Below, piece after piece: positions 49,909 to 62,888 of a stretch of 64,000 nt of DNA. This stretch comes from Squalus acanthias (lineage: Eukaryota). The stretch covers positions 119,042,001-119,106,000 of the forward strand of contig CM059431.1 of the NCBI GenBank assembly GCA_030390025.1. Direction: 5' to 3'. Under the pieces are notes generated by a model. It searched no databases. It worked only from the letters and a program-made list of their open reading frames with translations, and had not been told where the DNA came from. Made by a program: the position numbers and the translations under genes. Positions within the stretch are counted from its first letter, which is position 1, and each line of letters opens with the position of its first letter.

Positions 49909-50570
49909 TAAGAACATAAGAACTAGGAGCAGGAGTAGGCCATACGGCCCCTAGAGCCTGCTCTGCATTTCAATAAGATCATGGCTGATCTTCGACCTCA
50001 ACTGCACCTCCCCACCCTATCCCCATATCCCTTGATTTCCTTAGTGTCCAAAAATCTATCTATCTCAGTCTTGAATATAATTAACGACTGAGCATCCACA
50101 GCTCTCTCAGGTAGAGAACTCCAAAGATTCACAACCCTTTGAGTGAAGAAATTTCTCCTCATCTCAGGCCTAAATGGTTTACCCCTTATCCTGAGACTAT
50201 GCCCCCCTCGTTCTAGACTCTGCAACCAGGGGAAACAGCCTCTCAGCATTTACCCTGTCAAGCCCTCTAAGAGTTGTATACGTTTCAATGATATCACCTC
50301 TCATTGTTCTAATCTCCTGAGAATATAGGCCCATTCTAACCAATATCTCCTCAAAGCACAACCCTCTCATCCCAGGAATCAAGCTAGTGACCCTTTGTTC
50401 CACCCCTCTAAGGCAAGTATATCCTTCCCTAGGTAAGGTGAACAAAACTGTACACAGTACTCCAGGTGTGGTCTCACCAAAGCCCTATTTAATTGCAGCA
50501 AGACCTCCTTACTCTTATACTCCAAAGGCTAACACACCATTTGCCTTCCTAATTGTTTGCTGTACCTGCA
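49908..50570 (-). mobile_element. CR1 3' fragment
   Basis: MRRNFFTQRVVNLWSSLPERAV on - and tail ataagaacataagaac on +. Confidence 0.9.
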
Positions 50571-50717
50571 TTTTCTGTTTTCAGTCAGATCAATGGTATG
50601 CGTAGCCTTACTCTTCATTTAGTTTTCACTGTGTCCTATATGGACGTTTTTGAATTTATCATACTCATTTCTGGTATTATATCTTCCCAATGTCTAAAAT
50701 TCACCTTAAAATTCCTT

Positions 50718-52403
50718 GGCCCAGAAATTCCCTACCATATTGCCACGAGTCAGCACCGCAGTCCCGGTGAAAAATGGCGACCGCCACTCTAACGTCCTTC
50801 TCTGGCATGGGACTCGGCAGTCATCATTTTGGTGAGAGCCTAAGTGCTGCCCTGCCGTTGGCCAAGGGCTCACCCATGTCCCTGCCAAAAATGGCCTGCC
50901 CCGTCTCCACCAAGGAGGTGAGGTGAAGCTAGGAATGGGAGGTGTGCCTCATGTTTGGTACAGATTGTTGGTAGGTGAGTGATTGGGAGGGGGTGTCATG
51001 CATTGAGCAGTGTGTGAGGCTCGTGGCGCAGTTGGTAGGAGATGGCTTTTGACGATGCATTCACTGACCTTGACCACTGGTCTGAGGTCATGAAGCTTCT
51101 TTGGTCACTGGAGCCAGGTGGTAGGGGTAACACTGCTGGCAGTGACCGCCTCGGTGATCTGGTCCCACATCCTTCCTTCGGGAGTGCCTCCTGGCCACTG
51201 TGGGTAGAGCACCTCTCTTGCAGTGTTGACCCTCTGCCTAAAGCTGGAGTGCTGCTTGCGAGACCGTGTGTGCCCCTTCCCTGGCTTGCTGAGCCATTTG
51301 TTAGTGCTGAAGCACTTTTAGGGCTGGATTTTCATTGACCCATGGAGGTGGGTTTGGAGGCGTGTGGGGGGTTAAAATTGCAAAAACTGGCGGGCAGGTA
51401 CAAGCCCACCTCCATCCCGCCTCCATGCAATTTTCATTAAATCGTGTCTGCTGGTCCCGACTCCGTCCCGCCTCTAAGAGGCGGAATAGGCTGTTAAGGC
51501 CATTAACAAGCACTAAATTGCCTCTATAATGCCATTTTGAAAGGCTTTTGTTATTTTAACCCTTTTTCTACGTGAAGCACGCCTGTTCTGAACCACGAAT
51601 GTGAAACCTGGTGGGAGCACATTTGGATGGCTAGCTGGATGGATGGATGGATGATCTGGGAGTGGTGGTGCAAAAATATCTGGGAGCAGACTTAGGGCTG
51701 CTGCTGCTCATTTTGCATCCAGGTCCTCTCACAGCAAAGGCCAGGCAGTCTTTGCAGACCTTCAGTGCAGCAGCAATGATGACATTATCAGAGGTGACCT
51801 TCAGACTGAAAACACTAATTGGGTCATGGGTTCCCACATGCTGGAACTCAATTGCTCAATTAGGTGAAAATCGCATCAATCTCCCACATCCAATTGCAGT
51901 CGGGTGGATAACACGAAAAGTGGATGACACGAGCCAAGCCCGCCCCAGTATCAAAATTCAGCCCTTAGTGTTTTTTTAAGTGTGGAAGACAATTCAGCTT
52001 AAAGAGCTGAAAACTCCCATTTGGAATTCTTTGTAATGTTAATTTCTTTTCCAAAAGGCAGTTGAGCTGTTAAGGCCAAAAACTACCTATTTTTAAATGT
52101 TTTTCATTTTTTTCATTTCAGAAGGCAGTTCCCCTTTAAGGGACAGCACTGCTTTCTGAAATGACAGCCTTGCTTTAAGATAAGGCTGTTCTTGCTGCAA
52201 TGATGCTACAGCCACGCTACATTGGGCTTCCTGCCAGAACTAACGCCACAAAACGGCCTTCCACGGTAAATTTAGCGCTAGGCTAATGCTAATTTGCCAC
52301 CAGCGCCAATTCACCGGTCTGTCAGTGGCATTAATTTTGGCAGTCGTTTGTACCGGCCCGCAGTGCCACTGGCAGGTTTTTAGCAATGTGGAATTTCTTG
52401 GCC
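50718..52403. mobile_element. Non-autonomous Harbinger with decayed Myb exon 1, hosting a MITE
   Basis: TIRs GGCCCAGAAATTCC and GGAATTTCTTGGCC; TSD CTT/CTT; 50920-51100 is similar to 47400-47580. Confidence 0.85.
51321..51964. mobile_element. GGGCTGGATTTT-family Harbinger MITE, copy 1
   Basis: TIRs GGGCTGGATTTT and AAAATTCAGCCC; TSD TTA/TTA. Confidence 0.93.
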
Positions 52404-53687
52404 CTTGTTTTTTAGGTTGTTGTCACCTCCTGCTTGTCATCATAAAAGATAAACCCACAAGTCTTTTTTAAACACATTCATTCACTGGATCATCTGCAGC
52501 TCCTCTCTCTCCAGTACAGGAAGTGTTACACATTATTTTCCTCTGCCATGTGCCCCTCAAACTCTTCCTTTGAAGATTCCCTGTAAGTGTTGCCTGTACT
52601 CACTGAAGTACCAATTCAATCCAGTTACACAGATAGGTTGTATATTCTAGTTAGAAACCAAAAGAGCTGATTTCTTGATCAGATATTCATGGTGAGGCGC
52701 AGCACTCACAGGGAGCACTGCTGCAAAAGTTGCAGGCCTACAGACTTCGATTACCCAAGGCTGCAGCCCATGATTTCCGAACCAGTGCTCCCTGCGAGCA
52801 CTGCTCCTTACCACTAGCACCCAGTCAGGAAAATCAGCAGTCAAATTCTTCCAATTCAAATTATCTTCAGACCCAGAAAAATCTCCAATTATATCTGATC
52901 ATCGACATTGATCATTTTCTCTTTAATCCTCTTATATTAGTTTAGAAATCAGGCTCCAGAGCTCAGAGATGTAAATCAAAATTAATTCAAAGGTGCTTAC
53001 GTATGTAGTTCATTCAGTGTTTGACAGGATAAGAACTGTTTATGGAATATTCAGTTTGTTGCTGTGTAATCTAATTGTAGTTGTGATTTTTGCTCCAAGA
53101 GAGATGTAGCATCTATTTAAACCAATGTGCTTGGTTCAGGAAATTACAATCATTCTTTATTTGGGAGGGACAGGGGAGAATATTTTTGCAGTAATGTGTG
53201 CTTTGTTAAATTTTCTTCATGTATCAAAATCATAACAATTTGAACTGTATTAGTTATAACTACCACACCTGGCCAGGACCTCATTCTATCAAGTCATCCT
53301 ATTCCTAATTCTCCTGTGTCTAGAGATTGAGCTATGGCATCTAAATGTTCTTAAATGAATATTTGATGAGTTCTCTCATTGCCTTGTCCATAAATAAAAA
53401 AAAAGTGAAGACAAGATGCCACCTGACATCACTTTTGAACTAAAGTTGAACCGTGTACTGTCTATTATGCCTATTCTGAAAGGTACCTCATTGCTCTTCT
53501 AAATGGAAGATGCACATAATGATGTGAGATGAATGAAAAATAAATCACCAAGTGGTTGTATTCCACATAGCTAGTATTGCCGCAGCTATGTTGAATTCAA
53601 TTGGCTGCTTCATGAGTGCTTTATCTCCTAAAATACCACATCCCTATATTTTGATTATCCATGAAAATGCATCTTTTATATTTTCAG

Positions 53688-53792
53688 GTATAAAACTGAA
53701 TCTTTTTCATAATGTAGAAACATATGATTGCCGTCGTTTTTCAAAGAGGCAGAATGCTTTGCATTATAACACTCCATCTGGCCTTGCAGAAT
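53688..53792 (+). CDS. Putative host-gene exon (G)IKLNLFHNVETYDCRRFSKRQNALHYNTPSGLAE; gene unidentified
   Basis: Acceptor tcttttatattttcag, donor AAT/gtaagg, 105 nt, phase 1-1, open and in frame with exon 32486-32541. Confidence 0.6.
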
Positions 53793-53814
53793 GTAAGGTT
53801 TTCAGATTATCACT

Positions 53815-54772
53815 GGTCACATTGAGAGTTCCACTTGGAAGTGATAGGATCTGTCCTTAGCCCCCTTCTACTCCTCATGTACATTCTGGCTCTCGGTGAC
53901 ATTATACGAAGATATGTTGCCAACTTCCACACTGACAAAACCCAGCTCTACCTCTCCACTATCTCTCCCCGCTGCATCTGTTGTCAGCCTGTTTGTCCGA
54001 CATCTAGTCCTGCAATTTCCTCCAGTTAAGAAGTCATCGTCAGGTTCACAATTGTTTCCAACCTCGACATCCAGTTTAACCCTGAGCTGAGTTTCCGACC
54101 TCATATCCTCTCCATCACAAAGACAGGCTACTACCAACTCCATAACATCACCTGCCTCCGCCCTTGTCTCAGCCCACCTTTTGCCAAAACACTCATCCAT
54201 GATTTTGTCATCTCCAGACTTGACTATTCTAATGCTTTCCTGGCTGGGCTCCCATCCTCTGCCCTTCATAAACTTCAGCTCATCCAAAATGCTACTGCCT
54301 TTATCTTTACTTGCAACAAGTCCTGCTCACCCATCACCTCTGTGCTTGTTGACCTACATTGGTTTCTGGTCCACCAAAGTCTCCAATGTAAAATTCTCAC
54401 CTTTATGTTCAAATCCCTTAATGGCCTTGCCCCGCCCAACATCTGTAACATCATCCAGTCCTACAATCCTCTGAACACTCTGTGTTTCTCCAATTCTGGC
54501 CTCTTGTGTACTCCACACTTTCACCCACCATTGGTGGTTGTGCCTTCAGCCGTCTAGGCCCGAAGGTCTAGAATTCCCTCACTAAAACTTTCCATCTCTC
54601 CACTTGTCTCACTTCTTGTAAGACTCTTTAAAGCCTACCTCTTTGACCAAGGTTTTAGTCACCCCTCCTGATATCTCATTCAGTGTCAAATTTTGTTTGA
54701 TTACACGTCTGTGAAGTGCCTTGAGATGCTATTCTACATTAAAGGCGCTATATAAATGCAAATCATTGTTGA
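53815..54772 (+). mobile_element. L2-clade LINE 3' portion
   Basis: SVLSPLL, DKTQLY, SRLDYSN, LQLIQN and DLHW fragments with the L2 tail. Confidence 0.88.
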
Positions 54773-55496
54773 TTGTGCTAGGAATGAGTATAAACAAACA
54801 AGATAGCAATAGAAGTGATAATGATAACGCAAAATAGGAATTGGATTTGTGATTTGAAAGTTTGAAACAAGTTAGGAGGAAATGAAAAAGAAAAATATGA
54901 ACTGGAAGAAGACGAACAACAATAATTGGCATTTATATAGTGCCTTTCACAACCTCAAGACATCCAAAAGTGATATAAGCAAACTAATTTTGGATTTGGT
55001 AATTGCATCCCAAACTTACAGGTGCCAGTTCAGCACAGCAATTAATTATGTGACAACTATTAAGAAAATTAAACAGAGAACAGTGAGACAGACAAGGAGA
55101 AATACTAAGATAGTGGTAATTGGTAAACATGCTGTAAGATACTAAGGGGGAAAAATTTGGGATCGACCATTTTGGTGCGCTAATATCGGCCGGGCACAAA
55201 ATTTAGCGCCCAGCGCAAATTATCGCCAACAACCGGGAAATTCATCTCCAGCGCCCCTGGAGGTGATTGGAGCGCTAAATCAAGCGCTACACACTTCTCT
55301 TAGGGCGCTAACATCGGGGAACGGGCGCTACCTCAGAGTGCTACTCAAGCTCAGGCGCTGTCAATTACAAGTACTCACAGACTGGCACCTTCCAGTTCTT
55401 AAAGGGGAGGTTCAATCATGCTGCACAGTCTCACCCTGATCATTGCTGCTTGTGACCTGGGCCTGCAGGAGGTGCAAATCTTCAACAACGATTATC

Positions 55497-57367
55497 ATGG
55501 CTGCTCAGAGGCCCAGGGAGAGAGTTCGCCGGTTTAGCAACCAGGCATTGGAGGCTCTGGTTGGTGCTGTGGAACGCCGACGAGCAGTGCTGTTCCCAGA
55601 CACTGACAGGAGGCTATTGCCCCGGGAGTTCACAACTGTGTCGAGGGAGGTGGCCCATTAGGTATCGTCCAGAAGCCTGGTCCAAAGGACACACACAGTG
55701 CCGCAAGAAGTTCAACGACATCACTAGGCTGGTCAGGGTGAATAAATGCTTGAAATCCCTCTACATCCCACCATCTCAACCTCACTCTGTGCACAGACGG
55801 TAGAAAGTGCCAAATCCCCAACACTCACCCCACAACTATGCCCATCGACTAAAATCACATCCACATCTCACACCTTGCAGACATTAATGGTTATTCAACT
55901 ATGGTAGGCACATCTGCTAAACACATGGCTGCACACTCACTCACATGCTGTCCTTTATCTTGCAGGCCAAGCTTTCTCATAAGAGGAGGGAGCAACTACG
56001 CATGGGAGGAGGTCAGGCGGAGCTGCACCCCCTCACACAGCTGGAGGAGCGAGTTCACAGACTAATCACGAACCTTGTCATGGGCGCTGTGACAGTTGGA
56101 GAGGTCGACACCCTTGGGGACAGCAATGTATGTTCATCATCTCTTTCTCCTCTCTCATATCACTTCCCCCTCACAACACGAGCCATTCCCACTTTCCATC
56201 TGACTATACTGTCTCCATTCCTTGCTCCCATCCTGCCCCCTGCCCTCACGTTAAAGCCATTCTTGTACCTTCCTGCTTTCAGATAGTGAGCCACCATCTG
56301 CCCAGCTTGTCCCTCAGCCTCCCAGTGGCAGCGACGCGGAAGAGGAGGACGAACACCAAACCGGAGCTTCTTCGCCTGCGTCTCCCGAGGGCGAGACATC
56401 CAATACTGGGGCCACGCGGTCACTGGAGGGGAGCAGGGGATTTGGATCTGATGTGGGTAAAGCTCTGGGACCCTGCGGGCTGCAGCAACGCCACAGGGGA
56501 AGGGAAGCTCGGGGGCCATCTCCCCAGAGAGTTAGTGCGCGCACGGGTTCTGCTGCACAGGACTCGGATAAGGACCTTGATATCGCGGCGATGAATACTC
56601 AGGCGATAAGCATGCACACTGAGCTCATGGGTGCAATGGCAAAGGTGCCCAAGAGCATGGATGCACTGGCTAGGAGCGTGGAGGAGTCCATCACCAGCAG
56701 TGCTGCCATCTGTGTGCAAACCCTTGAACCCATCCTTGCCTCGTTGCAGAGGATGGTTGACTTACAGAGAGACCGTGGGGACCCAGAACACATGCAGCGT
56801 GTAATGGGTGAGGTGGCAGCATCTATTGCAGCACAGACCGAGGCAACGCAACAGCTTAGTGCTGGAATCGAGTCATTGGTTGGTGCCATTCAATGTCAGA
56901 CTGCTCTGATGCAGTCTCAGATTGATGCCAAGCAAGTGTTGACTGCTGCCATCGTAGCTGGGGTGACCACTGTCCACCGGGGATGTCACGGTGCCGCAGC
57001 AGGCCAGCAATCTGTGCTCGAGCAGATTGCTCCGGATGCTGACGTTCTGCCCCGTGGGACTGGCAGGGTGTCGGTCGAGCAGGAAGGTGCTGTCCTCTCT
57101 CAGGATGACAGCATTCCTGCTGCCACCACTGCCACTCCGCCATTGCACTTGCCACAGCCTGTAACCCAGCTACCCCAGACTGCTGCCGCCCATGCAGAGT
57201 TGATGCAGTCTGCAACCGGGCCCTCCAGGCCCAGAGCTGGTCGAGGGCGTCCTTCAAGGCCATCTGCAGTCTCTGGATCCGAGATTCAGCAGCCTTCCGC
57301 CAGCCTTGCTGCAGCCACTGGGGCCACATTACAGAGGAGCAGTAGGGTGGGAAGGGGGGAAGTGTGA
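55497..57367 (+). pseudogene. Harbinger Myb/SANT-like gene: exons 55497-55737, 55966-56127, 56283-57367
   Basis: RFSNQALEALVGAV...QCRKKFNDI; GT-AG introns; in-frame TAG at 55659 and small indels; long Ala/Gln-rich last exon. Confidence 0.88.
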
Positions 57368-58414
57368 AGGGGAGGGAGATCATTCAAGAAGTGCAAATAA
57401 CTAAACATTTTCTAACATATGTGGGGGAATGTTTGTACCAAAGTCGGATGTGTATTGTTCACTCTGTTGAGACTTATTTCAATGTGGTAAGAACCAGTTT
57501 TGTTTGTTAATGAATTGTTGTGTTTGTTTGTTATTGGTTGTGCTTAATAAGACACGGTTGTACAGAAAAATAATTTTTTTTATTGAACCGTGACAAATTT
57601 CCTCATGTTACTCATTGGAACTTTGACAGTAATAGGGGCTGCGGGATGGCTGTAATGACGTGCTTGTTGATTCCAAAAGCGATCTTCTCTGTCATTCATC
57701 AGAAGTGCTGTTTTATAAGGCGTTCACGAATGGCCGTTGCAGAAGCAACGTTGAGTGCCTCCCTCCCACGTTGTTGCTGCTCATCCTCCTCTTCATCCAC
57801 CTCCTTTTCTTCCTCCTCCTCCTCTCCCTCTTCCTCATCCTGATGTGGTCCACCAATCCTTGGTGGCAATGACTGGGTCCTCATAATTGCTAGGTTGTGA
57901 AGCATGTAGCACACAACCATGAAAACTGATACTCGATCGGGGGAGTACTGCAGGACTCCTCCAGAGTGGTCAAGACACTGGAACCGTTACTTCAGCACAC
58001 CGATTGTCTGTTCAATGAGGTTCCTAGTGATGCTATGGCTCTCATTGTATGCGAGCTCAGCAGAAGTGTTGGGGTTCCGGAGCGGTGTCATCAGCCAGGT
58101 GCAGAGTAGATATCCCTTGTCCCCAAGGAGCCAGCCACGAGGTTCATACGGTGGTTGGAAGAGATCTGGGACACCAGACTGGCACAGGATGAATGCATCG
58201 TGGCTGCTGCCAGGATAGCGGGCATTGACAGCGAGGATGCGTTATCTGTGGTCGCATACTAACTGGGTGTTCAGAGAGTGGAAGCCTTCGCAGTTGCGGA
58301 AAACCTCTGCATTTTCATGAGGTGCCCGCATTGCCACGTGCATTCAGTCAATGACGCCCTGAACCATGGAGAAAAAAGAAAGACTTGCATTTATATAGCG
58401 CCTTTCATGACCAC

Positions 58415-60406
58415 TGAAGAGATTGCAAAGTCTCTGTTTGAAGAATGGACTCAGTCAAGAATATTTTGTGGATTTTATGGGATTTTTTTGAGGGTATTTT
58501 CCCTGTGATGGGATCGTCCTGTGCAGGTACGTGAAAAACTGGTTTGTTAAAACTCCAGAGAATGCATGGCAGTTGGCTGTGATAAAAGAACTGTCAGTCA
58601 TCCAGAATGTATGGGTTCGTCCGACAGTCCTGGAAAAAGGAAGGGGGGTGGCCATTGACGATGGGGCTGAGGACCCTGAGGCACCCGTTAACTTGAACCT
58701 ATTAGAAAGCCACTCTAATATGCAAAAGCAGTTCTCACCTCCATCTCAGAAGAGAAGCAGAACAATGAACCCACTAGCCTAGCCAGCCGAAGAGGAGCCA
58801 GTTTTTCCCAACACAAAGACTGAGATATTTCCCAGACTGAGGGCCATTAGTCCAATCACGGAATACTCATAGGTCTGATGATGGCCCATCACTGACTAAG
58901 CACCGGAGTGCTTAGAAACAAAAGGATTTTAAAGATTGGCGGGAAAGATAGGGGCAGCAAGACTCCTATAAAGATAGATCCTTTTCCACCATTCTCTCTC
59001 TCTCTCGCTCTCGCTCCACCAAGATCGACCTAACAAGAAGAAGTACCAGAGGAAGAAGCTGCTGAGACTGAGAACCGCATACCCCTCACAGGGAACGGCC
59101 TCCAGGCAGTGACTTCCCACAGCTGAGCGGAGCGATCGAGACCGACTGTGTGTGGTGATAAGCATGGTCTCGCGTGTCCCAAGCCGGCAACCAGATATCC
59201 CAGGCAAGCTGGGTGAGGTGTAAGGGCTCAGGGTTTTTCTCAGAAGTGAAGTTTTTTTTGGGCTATTCCGGGGTGGAAGCTTCGTTTGGTTCAGCTAGGC
59301 ATAGGGGCTTATGCGACTGGGTAATTCGTTGGTAGGGGTGGAGTTAGAGTCCACCATAGCAACAAGGGAATTACTGCATGTTACAGTCCCCAGTTGTGTA
59401 CTGTATGTATATTGTTTGTAACCTGCATCTTATTCTCCACAGAGACAGTGGGCTGGATTTTGAATGACCCATGGAGTCGGGTTTGGAGGCGTGTGGGGGG
59501 TTAAATTTGCGGGGTCGGGGTTTCCGACCCCATCCCGACTCCATCCCACCTCCATGCAATTTTGACAGAATCAGCCGCGGGGTTCCCGACTCCGTCCCGC
59601 CTTCAAGAGGCGGGAGAGGCCATTAAAGCCCTTAACGCTCTAAATTGGCTCTGTAATGCCATTTTGAAACGCTGTAGCTAGTTTAACCCTCTTCTGACGT
59701 GAAGCACGCCTGGTGTGAAACACTCCAGTGAAACCTGGCGGGAGCACAAGTGGATAGCTGACTATCGGCTGCAGGTCCACTATTACAACGGAGATGTGAT
59801 GAAGGTAGTAGTAGTATTAGGTCTGAACGTCGCCTCTGATGCTGCTGCATTAAATGTCTTCAGAGACTGCCTGGGAGGACTTGGTTGCAAAAAAAGTGTT
59901 CTCTCTCTCTCTCTCTCTCTCCCTTCTCCCCCCCATTTTTGCATCCAGGTCCACTCACATCAAAAGCCAGGCAGGTCCTTTCTCACCAACAGTCTCTGAG
60001 ACTAGGCAGTCAGCAATGATGACATCATCAGAGGCGACTTTCAGACTGAAAACACTAATTAGTTCATGGGTTCCCACATGCTCCAACTCAATTGCCCAAT
60101 TAAGTGAAAATTGCATCAGGCATCCACATTAATCTGGAGTCGGGGGGGAAACACAAAATGCAGATTACATGACCCCAACCCGACCCCAAGACAAAATCCA
60201 GCCCAGTGATTTTGTTTAGTAGTGCATGTTTTAGCCAGTGTATGTTAGACCAAATAAATATAAGTATGATTTTTCACCGAAGCATTCCTGTCCGTGACTT
60301 ATTTCATTTATACTCTGAATAATAATTCCCGGGTATAGAACTTTCGTAAGGCGGGGGCAATTCAAACCGTCCATCTAGCAATTGGGTTGGATCAAAACCG
60401 CTTACA
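58415..60406 (+). mobile_element. Solo-LTR-like element
   Basis: TG...CA termini, 4-bp TSD CCAC/CCAC, TATAAA near 58967, AATAAA near 60253. Confidence 0.8.
59450..60204. mobile_element. GGGCTGGATTTT-family MITE, copy 2
   Basis: TIRs GGGCTGGATTTTG and CAAAATCCAGCCC; TSD AGT/AGT. Confidence 0.93.
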
Positions 60407-62140
60407 CCACCGGACGTCTCAAAGCGCTTTACAGTCAATGAAGTACTTTTGAAGTGGAGTCACTGTTGCAATGAGGGAAACGCGCCAGCCAATTTGTGCA
60501 CAGCAAGGTCCCACAAACAGCAATGTGATAATGACCAGATAATCTGTTTTTGTTATGTTGGTTGAGGGATAAATATTGGCCAGGACACCGGGGATAACTC
60601 CCTTACTCTTCTTCGAAATAGTGCCATGGGATCATTTACGTCCATCTGGGAGAGCAGACAGGGCCTTGGTTTAACGTCTTATCCGAAAGACGGCACCTCC
60701 AACAGTGCAGTAGGAAGCCCACTATCCTAGCGGAACACATGCGCGTTCACGCTGTTTGTCTCGGGTGTTGGGGAATGAGATGTATTCCCTTCTCCTTTTG
60801 TAGAGAGCATTTGTGACGTCCCGGATGCAACAATTGACAGCAAACTGGGAGATGTTCGCAATATCCCCTGTTGAAGCCTGGAAGGAGCCGCTGGTGTAGA
60901 AATTGAGAGCCACCGTCACCTTCACTGCCACCGACAGAGGTGTCCTGGTCCAGAGCTCAGGCTGTAGCTCTGGTTGCAGGAGATGGCAGAGCTCTGTGAC
61001 CACCTCCTTGCTGAAGCGGAACCTTCTAAAACACTGCTCCTTGGACAGATGGATACACGAGAATCGCTCCCGGAATACCCTGGGAGAGTAAGATCTCCTG
61101 TGTAAGGCCCTCCTCCCTTTGGCCACCTTTTCCACTCTCTCTCTCCGCCTCCGCTGCCTCCGACGGTGAAGCTGAAGGACGAGTCCCCGTGTAAGTACAG
61201 CCCCCATTAAATCTTCTAAATGTGGTAGTAATAAAGCTTACAGAAATGGGAACCTGAAAAGTCTTGCTGATGAACAAAACTCCTTCAAGTAGGATAGCGT
61301 TAAATGTCTCCAGATGCCTCTCTCCCTCTCTCAACCTACATTTGCAGAATTGATTGCTGCAGGAAAAAGCAGGAAGTGCACGCCTTTAAATAGTGCTTCC
61401 CCAGCTCCCAGCCAACTGCAAACCGTCCCCCTCTACCTGTCGTTCCTAGCGCCAGACGTTGAGGCAGGGAGCGAGAATCAATTTCCGGTCTGGGCCGCTA
61501 CCGGGGTGATGCGCGCTTCGATGATGTCACGATCCCCGGGCGCAGGAGATCGTGGTGGTAGTGTTTAGCCGCGCTCGGGTGGTAAGTCGTTAGCACCCCA
61601 ACAACGTCCCCCGGAGGCGCTAACGGGAGGCGCTAACCACCCGACTTTTCCCCCCCTAACTTTATAAAAAGAGAGAGACATACTACTCTAAACCATATTT
61701 TTGAGCTCTGTCCCCAGACTCTAAAAGGGTCCATTTAGTATCGTAATTTTGTACTTTTCTATATTTGTTGACTTATAAGCACATAATTTCACTTGCTGTA
61801 TACTAATAAAAATAATTTTTGTGAATGGATGCAGATAGGGTGATCTGTGTGGTCACCTCCCATTTTGAGCCCTGCTAGATGTTTTGGTCTGGTCTGGGGC
61901 GGATGACAGAAAGTCCCATCCAAAGTGGGAGCTTAATTTTAATACTAAGAAGTCCTCTGCTTTATTTCCTGGCTGGCAGCCATTCTGAAAGGCATGTGTT
62001 AAGCATACTCAGGAAACTTGGCATCCAGGACTGCTGTGGCGGACCTTCAGCCAGACAGTCATTTAAAAAAGACAACTGAATTTAACAGATACATGTCTTG
62101 AGGCCATTTCTGAACTATTTATTTTTCTGGCTGACACTTG

Positions 62141-62888
62141 GGGCTGGATTTTGATACTGGGGCGGGTTGGGGTCGTGTCATCCGCATTTCGTGTTATCCA
62201 CCCGACTGCAATTGGATGTGGGAGATTGATGCAATTTTCACCTAATTGGGCAATTGAGTTCCAGCATGTGGGAACCCATGAACCAATTAGTGGTTTCAGT
62301 CTGAAAGTCGCCTCTGATGATGTCATCGTTGCTGCTGCATTGCAGGTCAGAAACGGCCTGGCCTTTGCTCTGAGAGGACCTGGATGCAAAATGAGCCCTG
62401 AGAGAGAGAGAGAGAGAGATTCATTGATTTTTTTTGCATCCAGGTCCTCTCACAGCAAAGGCCAGGCAGTCTCTGAAGACCTTCAATGCAGCAGCATCAG
62501 AGGCGACTTTCAGACCAAATACTAGTACTACCTTCATCACATCTCCGTTGTAATAGTGGACCTGCAGCTGATACTCAGCTATCCAAATGTGCTCCCGCCA
62601 GGTTTCACAATCGTGGTTCAGAACAGGCGTGCTTCACATAGATCAAGGGTTAAAATCACAAAGGCCTTTCAAAATTGCATTATAGAGCCAATTTAGTGCT
62701 TGTTAAGGGCCTTAACAGCCTATCCCGCCTCTTAAAGGCGGGACAGAGTCGGGACCAGCAGACACGATTTAATGAAAATTGCGTAGAGGCGGGATGGAGG
62801 CGGACTTGTGCCCGCCCGCCAGTTTTCGCAATTTTAACCCCCCACACGCCTCCAAACCCACCTCCACGGGTAAATGAAAATCCAGCCC
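62141..62888. mobile_element. GGGCTGGATTTT-family MITE, copy 3 (inverted relative to copies 1 and 2)
   Basis: TIRs GGGCTGGATTTT and AAAATCCAGCCC; TSD TTG/TTG. Confidence 0.93.

Larger units (their letters stand above)
58372..60710 (-). mobile_element. 5'-truncated Deu-domain SINE (SacSINE1-like), split into 58372-58414 and 60411-60710
   Basis: Reverse complement ctgcactgttggaggtgccgtctttcggataagacgttaaacc...cccatggcactatttcgaagaagag...cctggccaatatttatccctcaacc, with an L2-like tail. Confidence 0.88.
57699..61207 (-). pseudogene. Harbinger DDE transposase, split by a SINE/LTR/MITE nest (coding 61207-60711 and 58371-57699)
   Basis: [48 protein letters not shown]; acidic tail. Confidence 0.92.
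55146..61656. mobile_element. Full-length, formerly autonomous PIF/Harbinger transposon with nested insertions
   Basis: TIRs GGGGGAAAAATTTGG and CCGACTTTTCCCCCCC; TSD TAA/TAA; convergent Myb-like and transposase genes. Confidence 0.95.
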
